The notes beneath the pieces were generated by a model. That model was not told the origin of the DNA and did not search any database. It saw nothing but the letters and a program-made list of their open reading frames with translations. From Octopus bimaculoides (Eukaryota), in assembly GCF_001194135.2 (NCBI RefSeq), contig NC_068992.1, positions 58,175,866-58,239,865 on the forward strand: a stretch of DNA of 64,000 nucleotides, given 5' to 3'. Within the stretch, counting starts at the first letter, position 1, and every line of letters begins with the position of its first letter. A program made the position numbers and the translations under genes. Positions 38,456-52,100 of the stretch are shown one piece after another.

Positions 38456-38707
38456 GGAGGCACATGGCTTAGTGGTTAGGGTGTTGAACTCATGATCATA
38501 AGATTGTGGTTTCAATTCCTGGACCAAGCAACACGTGTTCTTGAGCAAAACACTTCATTTCACATTGCTCCAGTTGACTCAGCTGTCAAAAATGTGTAAT
38601 CTTGTGACAGACTGGCGTTTTGTGCAGGTGGGGAATTTATACCCCACGAAACTGGGAAACCGGCCCTTATGAGCTGGCATAACTTGAGAAGGTAACTTTA
38701 CCTTACC
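38456..38707 (+). mobile_element. Fourth tRNA-derived SINE family (V-SINE-like central motif)
   Basis: A box tggcttagtgg, B-box-like ggtttcaattcc, gtgttcttgagcaaaacacttc, gacagactggcg. A second copy lies at ~10335-10530. Confidence 0.7.
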
Positions 38708-39959
38708 ATAATACAACTCATGGTATCTGTATTGTGGTACTAACACCTACTTGTGCATACACACATGCACATGCATGCACTTTTTATATTGGGAAAAAAA
38801 TAGACATAAACTTGTTTATGGTAATGTACAGATTTATATATTATGGACCAATAAATCCATTCATTATTGTTGTTATTAAGGTGGCAAGCTGACAAAATCG
38901 TTAAATGTGTTGGGAAAAATGCTGATTGGCATTTCTTCCAGTTCTTTATATTGTGAGTTCAAATCCTGATTGCTTTTGGCCAAAACACTTTATCGTCAAA
39001 GGCCAAGTTGACCAAATTCTAGCCCCTGATACTCCAGGGTTGTATAGTTTTGTTTTTCATTGTCAACATCAGCAGCCAAAATTGGGATCCTGTAAGTGGT
39101 TACTCGATATGCTAGAGATAGCAGCCAAATCCCCTTCAAATTGTGCTCTACTGTTTTAAATAAGCGATGACGGACACATTACATGATTGTAGTCTTACAC
39201 ACCTCTAATAAGACAGGATGGTCATGACTGAAAAGCCTTTTATTACAGGTCTATTTAATCAGGGTTGCCTTGAGCTAAGCAGCAGTATTAACTGTACTGT
39301 ATGTCCACCAATAAATGTGTTGCTATGGAGGCAGTGCTCCAGTTTGGGCTTGGACATGATGGCTAAACCAGACTGAAAAACCTAAATAGGATATAACGTT
39401 TAATTGATCTACTGATGTTGTTTAATTAATATAACTTTCATGTTAATAGGAATAGGCATGGTTGTGTAGTTTAGGAGTTTGTTTCAAAATTAACATATTT
39501 TGTGTTCAATCCCACTGCACAGCACCTTGGGCAAATTTCTTCTACTATGGCTTCAGTCCATTCAATGCTCAGTGCATGATTTTTGTATACAGAAAAATCT
39601 ATGGATGCCCATCGTGTGTGTGGGTGTATCTTTTTAGTGTTGACTGTCTGGAATAAAAGAGTATTCAGGACCAAAGTAGAGATTAATAATACTTTGTTTT
39701 AGTCAAATCAGCCTCTTGTTACTCACTTAGCATTTATTTTGCATTCTTTTTCTTTTTCTCCATGCTGGCATGGGTTGGACAAATGCATACTGAGGCATTG
39801 TTTTGAAATGTGGATGGTCTTCCAGTTAACCTTTGCCTGTTTTTTTTTTTTAAGAAAAGGGTTTTTTTAAAAGGCATTTTATTCCACTTGGCTTCATTTG
39901 GCTTTGAAAGTACAGAGCTACAAACAGGATAATTTGTTAGCAGGAAATGTCACCAAGGG

Positions 39960-40770
39960 TCCCTTCAGAGTTTCTTAGATCAAGACAAGGGTCCAGTCTC
40001 TTATTGGCTCCCTGAAGGACTGCATTTTGTCTGTCTCTGTTGCAGGTGACAATGTCAAAGTTGTTGGCCATTTCACTATTTTGGCAGTGTGATCCATTGC
40101 AGCATAGGCTGCAAGTCCGAAATCTTAAAAAGACTTGGACATGCTGGTGTAATAGGGTGTTTGGTACTGCTGGTATCTGCACAGGAGGACAAAAGTTCAT
40201 CTCTCTGATCCTTCCTGTTTTACTGTATAGTTATGAGACTTGGACACTATCCGGGGCCCTTAGGGGCTGCTTGAACTCCTTCAGTACCAGGATGCCTTGT
40301 AGGATTATGGGTTACCGTGGGTTGGATTTCATATGCAGCCAACACCTTTACTGAGAAACTAGGACATGTCCTGTCATATAATTCAGGTGTGTCAACTCAA
40401 ACTGTTTGGTTATGTTACTTGATTTTCTGAGTTGGATCCTGAATGTCGTATCCTCTTCTCTGAGGATCTGGCTGCAGTGATAGCTTGTGCTGGTCAGCCA
40501 CATGCTACATGGTCAAGCCGGATGAGGAAGTATTTTGCAGAGATGGGAACTGACTGTGACACTGATCAGAGGGTTATCCAGGATGACCGAAGCAGATACT
40601 GAAAAATGCTGGGTGTCACATGGTCAAGTCATATGAGGAAGTACCTCACAGAGATAGGAATTTACTGGGACACTGATCAGAGGGTTAGCCATGATGATCA
40701 AAGCAAATACTGAAAAAATAGCGGATGCAGTGGTGTGCTGCAACAGTGCATGTCCCTATACATGACCTGA
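39960..40770 (+). mobile_element. 3' fragment of an RTE-clade LINE (RT C-terminus plus 3' end)
   Basis: ORF 40040-40354 contains SLILPVLLYSYETWTLSGALRGCLNSFSTRMPCRIMGYRGLDF (cf. RTE LPVLLYGCETWTL...LRRILGYRW.DF). Ends in tgacctga, typical of RTE tails. Contains stops. Confidence 0.85.
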
Positions 40771-41785
40771 TTGTTTTCATATAAAGATGAGGAATATAAA
40801 CATTCACTTGCATTCACACACTCTCAAGTTGATTGGTCATGTCTCAGTGGAACAGCGTCAAGAGATGATCTAAGAATATGAACTGTTAACTTTATGCTTA
40901 TTAGTTATCAGAAAGTGTGTGTATATGAGGCAAGATCATGTAGTAAGGTAGGACAGTAAGTACATTGTCAATTAGACATCATGTTTTGACATCATGTGAT
41001 GGTTGTAAACAAGCATCACTGTTATATAAGTGATGCTGTTTCGAGTCTGCCATGAGAAAATCTGTCTAGCTGAGAAGAAAATATTATCCTGCCTGGAAAC
41101 AGCTGAGGGTTGGCAACAGGAAGGGCATCCAGCCATAGAAAAATCTGTTTCATTAAATTCTGTGCATCCCATGCAAGCATGAAAAAGTGAACATTAAATG
41201 TTGATGATAATGAGAAATATGTGTGTGTATGTCTCCCTGCCCTTACCTATCTAATTATGGTTGTTCTATATATGGCTAAAATATTTATAAACTAAATCTT
41301 GAAGATTCCATAAAACCATTGCGAAGCCCATTAGTTAGAGCAATATATATATATATTATTCATAATATTGTAATATCATTACATTAATTTCGATATGGAA
41401 ATAGATTTAAAGTAGATTTTATGCACTCTCTCTTTCTTTCTCTCTCTCCCTCTTTTCCTCTCCATATTGAAATATAATTGTTATATTGTAATATGAGCGT
41501 TATTCAATCTTTATTAAAATAAGATGTTTCAGAATTTGTTACCTGACACATTCTATGATGACATCATTCTAGCAGCAGCTTTTATATATGTGTGTATTCG
41601 AGTGTGCGTACGTCTATATATATATATATATCATCATCATCATCATCATCATCGTTTAACGTCCGCTTTCCATGCTAGCATGGGTTGGACGATTTGACTG
41701 AGGACTGGTGAAACCGGATGGCAACACCAGGCTCCAGTCTGATTTGGCAGAGTTTCTACAGCTGGATGCCCTTCCNNNNNNNNNN

Positions 41786-41828
<43 letters not shown>

Positions 41829-43084
41829 GTCTGTCTCTCTATACATACTTGTATGTATGTATATATATTTACGTCTGTCTGTCTATTTATATGTGTGTCA
41901 GGAAGAGTTTAATGAATATGTGTCTAATGCATGGACAGATTAGTGGGGGCGGGGGTACAAATGTGGTGTAGGAAAGAGAAAAAAAGAAGCAAAAAATGAA
42001 AAGCCTAACGTGCTTTGTAGCATTATTGTATTTCTGAACCAGAAAATAGTTTTCTTATTTGGGAGCTTCTTAAAAATAATACCAGCAATGATGTTCTGTT
42101 CCTCGTACCACGTGATTCAATCTCTTGTTGCCTTTGAATGCTGTTTTATCGAACAGGCTACTGTCTTTACCAAACTCTTCAATCATCATCATCATTGTCG
42201 TCGTCGTCATCATCATCATCACTTAACATCTGTTTTCCATGCCGGCATGGGTTGGACTGCGTGACTGGATCTGGTGAGCAACAAAGCAGCATCATGCTCT
42301 ATGTCAGCTTTGGCATGGTTTCTATACCTTGATGTCCTTCTTAATGCCAACCATTTTACACGTCAGCTTTCTGATCTGCAGAATGCTCGCTGGCTTGCCA
42401 AGCCAAAAGGGTGGCATCATTTTAAAGCTAAAACAAAGTGCATTGTGACTAGCGATGTATAACAACTTCCAATTGTCTGGTCAATATTGTGATGTTACCA
42501 TGATATATGTACAAATATACACAGTGGGATTCTTTCAGTCTCCATATATATACACATATATAAATATATGTGCTGTGTGTGTTACCATCTCCTTGACTTC
42601 ACTTCACATGATGGTTGTAAACGAGTGCCACCATCATGCAAGTGGTGTCGTTTGTTTCGTCTTCCATGGAAACATGTTTAGTTACTGAAAAATATTACCT
42701 TGCATGGAAACAGGTGAGGGTTGGTGACAGGAAGAGCATGCAGCTGTAGAAGATTTGCCTTTTCAAATTCCATCTGACTCCTGCAAGCACAGAAAAGTGG
42801 ATGTTATGATGATGATGACAACTACTTTTTGGAATCAGTGAAGTGAAATTGGTGAAATGATATGGCTTATCTAGGAATTTAACTTCAGATTCTATCCAGA
42901 ATGTCAGACTTCTAGTTTGTTCAATCATTTGTTTATTTTATGTCCATCTTTCCATGCTAGCATGCATTGGATGAACACTTATTTGAAGGTAGTATTTAAC
43001 AGTCAGATTCCTTTTCCATCACCCACTATTATCACATGATCTAGTCTCAGATACACACAATTGTTTGTATTCTCTTGAGAATCA

Positions 43085-43585
43085 TAGGATTTTCGAGCGA
43101 GATCGTTGCCAGTGCCCCTGGACTGGCTCTTGTGCAGGTGGCACATAAAATACACCATTTTGAGCATGGCCATTGCCAGTACCGCCTGACTGGCCTTCGT
43201 AGAGATCGTTGCCAGTGTCCCTGGATCGGCTCTTCTGCAGGTGGCACATAAAATACACCATTTTGAGCGTGGCCGTTGCCTGACTGGCCTTTGTAGGATT
43301 TTCAAGCGAGATCGTTGCCAGTGCCCCTGGATTGGCTCTTGTGCGGGTGGCACATAAGATACACCATTTTGAGCATGGCCGTTGCCAGTACCGCCTAACT
43401 GGCCTTCGTGCGGGTGACACGTAAAAGGACCCACTACACTCTCTGAGTGGTTAGCGTTAGGAAGGGCATCCAGCTGTAGAAACCATGCCAAACCAGACTG
43501 GAACCTGGTGCAACTCTCTTGTCCATCAGCTCCAGCCAAACTGTCTCACCCATATCAGCATGGAGAGTGGATGCTAAATGATGAC
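43085..43585 (+). mobile_element. Meta-like SINE with an internal ~105-bp tandem array (3 units)
   Basis: gagatcgttgcc recurs at 43099, 43202 and 43308, followed by ggaagggcatccagctgtagaaa and the family tail. Confidence 0.8.
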
Positions 43586-43809
43586 GACACAGACACGCAT
43601 TGTAGGCTTCTGCTATAACTCTGGGTTGACCAATGCCTTGTGAGATGAATTCTTTGTGGTGTAAAACATATTTCATTGTTGGAACTATTTGCATCTTTCT
43701 CAATGAAGAACATAGCCAGTTTTTTTAGATTCTACTCTTTTTTTTTTTTTTTTTTTTTTACTGCAGTTCAGAATGTTTGCCAGGATTATACCATCACTGA
43801 ATAATATTT

Positions 43810-43810
<1 letters not shown>

Positions 43811-43895
<85 letters not shown>
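43811..43895. repeat. (CA)n microsatellite
   Basis: Directly visible. Confidence 0.95.
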
Positions 43896-43898
<3 letters not shown>

Positions 43899-45137
43899 AT
43901 GTGAATATAGGACATTCAGGCCTTGTGAAGTGGATAAATATTTACCTCAGTGCAGTTATTTGTGGTTGCAAAATGTAACTGTTGTCTTATCTATTGTTTT
44001 CTAGTATATTTATATATAAGATATTGCCGTGTGTTTTACTACATACCGGAACATATAAAATTATAACATACATACATACATGTGTGTGTGTGTATTATAT
44101 ATACACACACGTGTGTGTGTGATACATATATACTGGTGTTGCTGCACGCTTATGATATCTACTTGCAAAGAATAAATTAAGCAAATACATGTATATGTTT
44201 TCTGCACAGTAAAAACTCTCAGGCCTCTTTAAGCAGATTGGATGTTTACCTTGTGTGCAATTATTTGTAGTATGTGAAATCTTACACTTACCTATTTCCA
44301 TCCATTGCTAGGTTGAATGCATTGTGTGGTTTTGTGGTCTGTTGAGGGTGAAACTTCTTATGTTTTTGTTATTGTTGGATGCTGAAATAGTGGGATGATT
44401 CTGGCTCCAACTAGATTTTGCACATAAAATATTTAGATATGATGTTGATGATAATGGTAATAATTTTTATGGCATTACTGTGTGGTTAAAGAATTTGCTT
44501 TGCAGATTCAGTCCCACTGCGTAGCACCTTGGGCAATTCTGCTATAGCCCTGGGCTGAGAAATATCTCTGAGTGAATTTATTAAAATGAAACTTAATAAT
44601 AATAACAATAATAATAATGATGATATTTGTTGTGTAGGCACAAGGCCTCAAATGTGGGGGAGGAGTGCTGTTGATTATATTGAACTCCCCCCCCCCGTGC
44701 TTGACTATTATTATTATTATTATTGTTGTTGTTGTTGTTGTTAAGGTGATGAGCTGGCAGAACTGTTACCGTGCTGTACAAAATGTTTAGTAACATTTCT
44801 GACTTTATGTTCTGAGTTCAAATGCCACATTGGTTGACATAGCCTTTCCTCCCATTGGGGTCTATAAAATAAGTACCAGTTGAGCACAAGGGTTGTTGTA
44901 ATTGACTTTACCTCTCTCCCCTAAAGAACTGGCCTTGTGCCAAAAAAAATTTGAAACCATTATTATTATTATTATGGAAGGATAAAAAGCAAAGTGACCA
45001 TCATAGGATTTGAACTTGGAGTTTAAAGATACACAACTAAATATTACAAAACATTTTGTCAGTCATTTCACTGATACTGTCAATCTATCACGTATAATAA
45101 TAATAATAATGATAATAATAATAATAATAATAATAAT

Positions 45138-45473
45138 ATGACAAAATTTCCCTAAAAGAAATGGAGAAACTTTCAAAATACAAAGACCTGGAAATAGAGA
45201 TAACTCGAATGTGGAATCTAAAAACAGAAACAATTCCTATCATAGTAGGTGCCTTAGGTATAATAAAAAAAATATTCAGACAAATACATAACAAAAACAC
45301 CAGGACTTACAAATATATGTAACATACAGAAAATTGCACTACTGGGCACTGCACACATCCTACGCAAAACACTTTCAATACAGTAACCATAAGAGCACCA
45401 CAGCACGTACCCAAGGCACACAGAGCTGCGCTCAGTAGTGAAGTGAAAGCACGTTATAAATATAAAACTACTG
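45138..45473 (+). mobile_element. 5'-truncated R4/Dong-like non-LTR retrotransposon (C-terminal restriction-like endonuclease domain plus 3'-UTR)
   Basis: DKISLKEMEKLSKYKDLEIEITRMWNLKTETIPIIVGALGIIKK / (one extra A in the A8 run at 45265-45272) YSDKYITKTPGLTNICNIQKIALLGTAHILRKTLSIQ* (TAA 45384-45386). EK..KY.DL, IPI.VGALG and QK.ALLGTAHILRK are hallmarks of R4-clade RLE domains. Flanked on both sides by (AAT)n. Confidence 0.85.
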
Positions 45474-47847
45474 AATAATAATAATAATAATAATAGTAGT
45501 AGTAGTAGTAGTAATAATAGTAATAATGATGAGGGTTGTTTTTAATTTAAGGTATAAGAGCAGCAATTTTGAGAGGAAAAGGTGAGGCAATACCCTCACC
45601 TGCAGTACTTGACTAAATAATAACAATAATATTTCATATGACAAAAATGGTCAACAGGAAAACAAATGAATGATAATGTTGCCATGATCAAACACCTTTT
45701 TCTGTGTGTGGGATTTTTATGCCATCAGAGTTTGTGACAGTTGATGAAATGTCTGCTAGCAATCCCCTTGGGACAATTGTTGTTTTTACTAACAGATCAA
45801 CCGTTTCCTAAATAAACAGAGAAAAAATGTCTGATGTCAAAAAGAAAAAAAAAAGAAATGAAATTGCTACAACGCAATTAAAGATAGAAATATGTGCAAG
45901 AATTCATAGACAATAAATTTTTCCATCTTGAATTGATCTGTTGGCTAATTGGGAATATTGAAATTATTTATGAAATGTGTTCACAAAGCTGGCCTGATGG
46001 CTCTTAAGACAAGGTAGAAATGTCATTGTCGACAGCTGTTATGATACTTTTCCTGATTCGCAAACATTCCTGTGACAACATATTAACTAAGAATTATACC
46101 CTCTGAAATAATGATGATAATGCTGTTGAAAATTCCCTTTCATCAAAATCATCAAAGGGAATATTGCACTAACGTTACAAAACACTACCACGGTTGTTCT
46201 TAAGCTGAGCGGTAGCACCCCCTTTGGTAGCATTGTGAGGACACAAGTGGGTTGATAACTATCAAGGATGTGCCCTGAAGGGTACTGAGTATTTAGAGGG
46301 GAGGTGGTGTTATTCTTAGGAATAAAATATTGAAACCAGTTACAATAATTATATTGTAAATATATTTTCAATAAAATTTTCACTTGGATTAGAATGAGGG
46401 TAGACTTTAGTATTATTCTACCTACACTTATAGAATGCGATGTAGTTATGTACTTCCTCCACAGCATACTTTAACATTCCAACACCTAACATGAAACTAC
46501 TTCCCTCTGTACTATACATAACATAGTACCAAATCCACTCACAAGGCTTCGGTCAGCCCGAGGCTATAGTAGAAGACAGTTGCCCAAGGTGTCACGCAGT
46601 GGGACTGAACCTGGAACCTTGTGGTGGGAAAGCAAACTTCTTACCATGTAGTCACACCTGCGCCTATCTATAAGTTAGTTAATGATCCTTTCTACTATAC
46701 ACACAAGGCCTGGTATTTTGAGAGAGGGAGCTTGTTGATTACATTAATCTGAGTGCTTAACTGGTACTTATTTTATCAATCCCAAAAGAATGAAAGGCAA
46801 ATTTGGCCCTGGTGGTATTTGAACTCTGAACATCGAGCCAGAAGATAACATCATGAAGCATTTTGTCTGGTGTGCTAATGATTTTGTCAACTTACCGCCT
46901 TTGGTTAACGATAACAAATGAAATACAACCAATGCATGTGTGTTATTGGTGAACTGACCTTCCCAAGGTACAACAACCTTTCAAAGGCAACAATCTTGCA
47001 AAACAAATACAAAAACAAAACAAAATAAAATGGCAATTAAAAACAGGAAAAGTTTTAAAAAAGTAAAAAAAAAACAAAAGGAAATATAATTAGCTTAGCT
47101 CAGGATATGTATTATTTAGTTTTTATTTTTATTTTGTAGTTATTTATTTATCTATTCTCACCAATGTGATGTCGGGTGGGTTGGGGTTTCTAGTGATGGG
47201 GGAAATGTGTAGTTTTATGGGTGTGGCATAGTGCGATGGCGTGTGCAATGCAATGGATACGGCTATCTAGACATTTCAGTTTGTTACAAATTCATTACAT
47301 GTAGGGACCAACCAGAGGTAAGGGAGTGAGGGCAGTACTAGCTGGCAGTAAGGGGGGGGGTGACAGAAATTGAAATGTCTGACTGAGACCCTTTTTATTT
47401 CAGACAAGGCATCATCAAGGTAGCCTTGCTGAGATAAGATAATGTAGGAGTGGTTCAAATCCCACTCACTTTTATCTTCTCAAATACACAAAGTATGGCT
47501 GATGGTGATATGGGGACAAATTTTAGGATGAGTTTTCCTTCTGTTTTTTTTTTGTTTTTTTTCTCTGGCAATGAATAAATAATTACTGTTTTGTTTGCTT
47601 GTATTTGGTGCTCCCTAAGCATAATCCTTTAAGGTGTCCCTTTACACAGAACTTGCTGCCACTTTTATTGGTGTTTTACATCATGTCGGTGTCTAAATTA
47701 AGAAAGAATTCTTATGTTTTTTTAAATATATTTTTTCATTTACCTTGTGTGTGTGTGTACACACGCACGTACATGGAAACAGAGATAAACTCAAAATAAC
47801 ATATATACATATGATTTTAGGTCCGTGTATAAATGTATGTTCACATA

Positions 47848-47923
<76 letters not shown>

Positions 47924-47995
47924 NNNNNNNNNNNNNNNNNNNNNNNNNNNNNNNNNNNNNNNNNNNNNNNNNNNNNNNNNNNNNNNNNNNNNNNN

Positions 47996-48032
<37 letters not shown>

Positions 48033-48877
48033 AACACTTGTGATGTAATGTTTTGTTTAACTAACATCTTGCTAAAAATATTCTATCAAAACCTAATAAA
48101 ATTGTTTGGTTAGAGTTGTCTTTATGTTTCTATTTACCAATGACAACCTCACCCCTCCCTGAAGTTAAAGAATAAATATCCTTATCTTCAAATTGGCACC
48201 AATTTTTGGTGAAATTTTTACTTTTTTTGTTGCACGCGATAGTTTTTTTCCTCCTATCTTTAAACTTAAAAACCCGAGAAACTTTAGCTGGAAATTCTGT
48301 CTTTCATCAGAGATACTGTTATTGTTTGTGTTGTTGTTGCTGTGCTGAATAGCTGCACATGATTTTGTAGACAAAGTAGAATTATCGTACAGGTGTATAA
48401 ACTAAATGATTGCTCTTATTACTGTATTCGATAGCATATAAAATACACTTTTTAAAAAAAATTTTTTTTTACCTAAAACATGTCTCAAAAATATCACTCC
48501 AGATCCTGTCTGCAAAGTTGAGCATATATTATGTGCTTTAATGTGCTAAAAACTGTTTCTGATGAGAGTAAGGTGTGTCTTAGAAGCCCATATGTCTTTT
48601 TCTGAAAATATGCCACAAGAAAATCACTCCAGATCCTATATGCAAAGTTGAGTCTATATTACACACTTTAATGCTCTAAAAACTTTTTCTCCTGAATATG
48701 CACTGCTGAAATTGTGTGGTATCTGTCATGCCTTCAAATATGGTTTGTGAAAGTTATTTTGCATTGTTTAGATGTTCATTTCCCTACCAAATGGTTTCTG
48801 AGTTCAATTCCACTATATGGTACCCACTATTGCTCTGGGCTGACCAAAGCCTTGTGAAAGAATTTAGTCAACAGAGG

Positions 48878-49110
48878 TAGCAAGCTGGCAGAAATGTTAG
48901 CACGCCGGGCGAAATGCTTAGTGGTATTTCATCTCCAGATACGTTCTGAGTTCAAATTCCGCCGAGGTCGACTTTGCTTTTCATTTATTCGGGGTCGATA
49001 AATTAAGTACCAGTTACGCACTGGGGTTGATATAATCGTCTTAATCCGTTTGTCTGTCCTTGTTTGTCCCCTCTGTGTAGCCCCTTGTGGGAAGTAAAGA
49101 AATAAGAAAC
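48878..49110 (+). mobile_element. Young copy of a second tRNA-derived SINE family (OR1/OK-like)
   Basis: agctggcagaaatgttagcacgccgggcgaaatgc...gagttcaaattccgccgaggtcgactttgcttttcat...ggggtcgataaattaagtaccag. More than 25 copies or fragments occur in the window (e.g. 452-681, 4678-4895, 17495-17720, 44745-44965, 50265-50490, 60010-60165). Confidence 0.85.
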
Positions 49111-52100
49111 TGAAACTATGGTAGAGGACATTTTTGCAAGATGCTGCTGCACAGTGAGAGAGAACCCGAAGCCACATGGTTGCAAAGCTAGGTTCTTAAC
49201 CACTTGGCCATGCCTGCACTTATACATACTATTTTTTATAAAATTAATTTTTTTATTATATATTTTATTAAAAGGCAGAATTACTTTCATGGAGCTATGG
49301 GTTTCCTTGGAACTCAACTTGGAAAACATTAGGGTTGTGTAGCAAGGTTTTTGTGGTCAATAGAAAATATTCTGAAGCTTTTTTTTTTTTTAACATGTCT
49401 GCTTTCTAATCTGCTGAGTGAATCGAAAATGAGGTAAAAATCATCATCAACCACATCATCATCATCATCATCATCATCATTCAATAACACTGAATTAGCT
49501 ATTTGTGTCTATATATCCAGGTTGTTATATGCAGCAATGTATCTTCATTGGATTTGTTCCAAACTCTTCATATGGGAAAGTTTCACCAAGTGTAGAGCAA
49601 TGATGATTGATATCTTATTAATTTATGTTCTAAACCAGGCAAATCAAGGTGGTGGTAATGATGGAGAATATTAATTAGTTATAGGATAAATTAGTTTTAA
49701 TCTTTGTTCTTTTTTTTTTAGTTATTTTTTTATTAAATTTATTTAAAGAATGTTTAATGTTTGAATTGAATACAGATGTTTGACTTGGATAAAAGAATTA
49801 AAACGATGAAAAGACAGAGAAAGACCAATGGTGAATTGAATGGTGGGAGTGAGAGTAAGGAAAGGAAGACAGTGCCGGAAAGGGCTAATGAGAGGGGGAG
49901 AGAGGAGCTGGTTGAAGAGTGAACAAGGCTGTTTCAATAGGAAGCAGGAAAACGAGCAATAGAAAGAAATAATGAAAGAGAAAGAGAATGCAGAATGTAA
50001 AAACGAGAGAGAAAGTGAGAAACAGAGTGCAGAAAGACAGAGGATGTATGACATAGGAATAGGAGAGTGGGAGTTTGTGGAAAGATAGAGGGTGTATGAC
50101 ATAGGAATAGGGGAGAGAGAGAAAGCAGGGGAGAGAAGAAGGTAGAGACTGTAAGAACCTGAAATTTCTATATTCTGTTTCATTTTTGGTTGATATCAAC
50201 CAAAACCCGAAAATATTCCTGAAGAATGGAAGAATGCATTTGTATATTATTTCTTTTTCACTATAAAGGCAGTGAATTGGCAGAACCATTAGCCTGCTTG
50301 ACATAATGCTTTGTGGCATTTTGTCCCGCTTTACATTCTGGGTTCAAACTCTGCCGAGGTGGACTTTGCCTTTCATGCTTTCAAGGTTGAGAAGATAAGC
50401 ACCAGTTAAGCACTGGAATTGATGGAATCAGCTTCCGCTTCCCTTCTAAAACAGCTAGTCCTGTGCCAAAATTTGACACCATTATTATTTTCAGTATAGA
50501 ACATGAGTCAACCCAAGCCTTGTGAGTGAAACTAGGTGTGTGGGTGGGGGTGGGGGGTCAGTTTAGCTGATTGAAGAATTGTGATTGAAGAATTGTGTAC
50601 TCATTATTGAAACGAAAGGTGATCCATATAGTTTACCATAGATTCGTGTATCTATGCTTGTTCACCACAAGGTCCAGTCCTTGTTGTACTGTGGTGGCTT
50701 GTGTGTCTCAATGACCCTGAAAGGCCAATGGTGAATTTGGTGGTGGTGGTGGTGGTGTGGGGAGTGAGAGCAAGGAAAGTAAGACAGGATAATGTCCAGG
50801 CTTAATATCACCCCCACCCCCCTCTCCCTAGAGGTAAAAATTGGTTTGTACAATGTGAACACTCTGACCTAGAAAAAAAAAGAAAAAAAAAAAAAAAGCA
50901 AAGTTACAAAGGCATCAGTGACAATTCAAAACCAACAAAACTTGAAAGAGGATGCCCTGTACTCTGTAGGCTGAAAAGGGCTTAGCTCTTCCAAGTTTTG
51001 TATTCAGCAAAGTTTTTGGAATTAAGAATAAAACCCTCTTTTTTTTTTTTTTTCATTCTCATGAGGTATAAATTATTTTCAATTTTGATGTCCATTCCTG
51101 GACAATGGGGTAGTGGATATAAGCATTGATTAAATTGTTAAGTATAGTAATTTAGCTTGTGGCTTTGAGTTCAATTTCAGGATCGGTTTAAGTATGACCA
51201 GGTAAATTTACCAATTTAAAGATGAGTAGCAAAAGTATCCTTGGTTTGGAAATTGGAATCAGAACAGTATACCCCTCTTTAAAATGAAAAATAATGGGTT
51301 GTAAATTATGTGAATATTTCTCAATACAAAAAACACATGAAGAAGGCCAGAGGGTACACCAGTTGAAATATTATGACCATAACTTTGAAGATAAGGACAC
51401 TGGTCAGAATATATCTGTTTCTTCTACAATGTATTTTCACTTCTTGTCAAATTGTTTTTTATTTTGTTATGTCTACGCACACTGACTCTGGTCCCTTACA
51501 TCAAAGAACACTAGTGTGGTTTTAACTGTGGTCCCTTATATCAAAGAACAATGATGTGAAAAACAATGAATAGAAAGAGGAATTAGTAAAACATGAATAG
51601 GGAAACGTTGTATGGAATATTTAGAATGCCTTTAGGTGGGGGAGGGGAAATATTTTATTTGATTATTCATGCATACATACGTACGGACGCATACCCATGC
51701 ATCCACATAATCATTCAGCCACATATTTGCACTCTCGCATAGGTATACATGTATGCATCCACATGCAAACACCCACATAAACATTCTCATTCACACACAC
51801 ACACATACACACACTTCTTTGAAAATGTAGGTAAGGTAGTAAACCTTTTTATATTTGGATGCTCCACCTGTTGCCAATTATTCAGCCATAATGTAGGAAT
51901 CTATTCTGTCAGTCAACGAAACTGGGACAAGCACCCCACTCCACACACAAAGATGTACACACACACACACATTTTTCATTTCTGATTTAGTGTTTGCCTG
52001 CCATTAAAATTTGGTTTCACATCTCTTGTGTTAATGACATAGGTACTTGCTGCATACTGCGGGGGTGGGGTTGACCTCCAGTTCATTTAATTTTTTTATA

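Noticed and set aside
38456-38530. tRNA-like sequences with A and B boxes (many in the window)
   Set aside because: They are SINE heads that continue into SINE bodies; no complete cloverleaf.
43003-43539. 178-aa and 112-aa repetitive ORFs, and a CRISPR-like look of the array
   Set aside because: Translations of a SINE-internal tandem array. There are no unique spacers or cas genes, and the context is eukaryotic.
47693-48113. Cluster of ORFs with poly-CV, YI and HT runs (also at 24048-24380, 30655-30924 and 53717-54406)
   Set aside because: Translations of dinucleotide microsatellites and N gaps.
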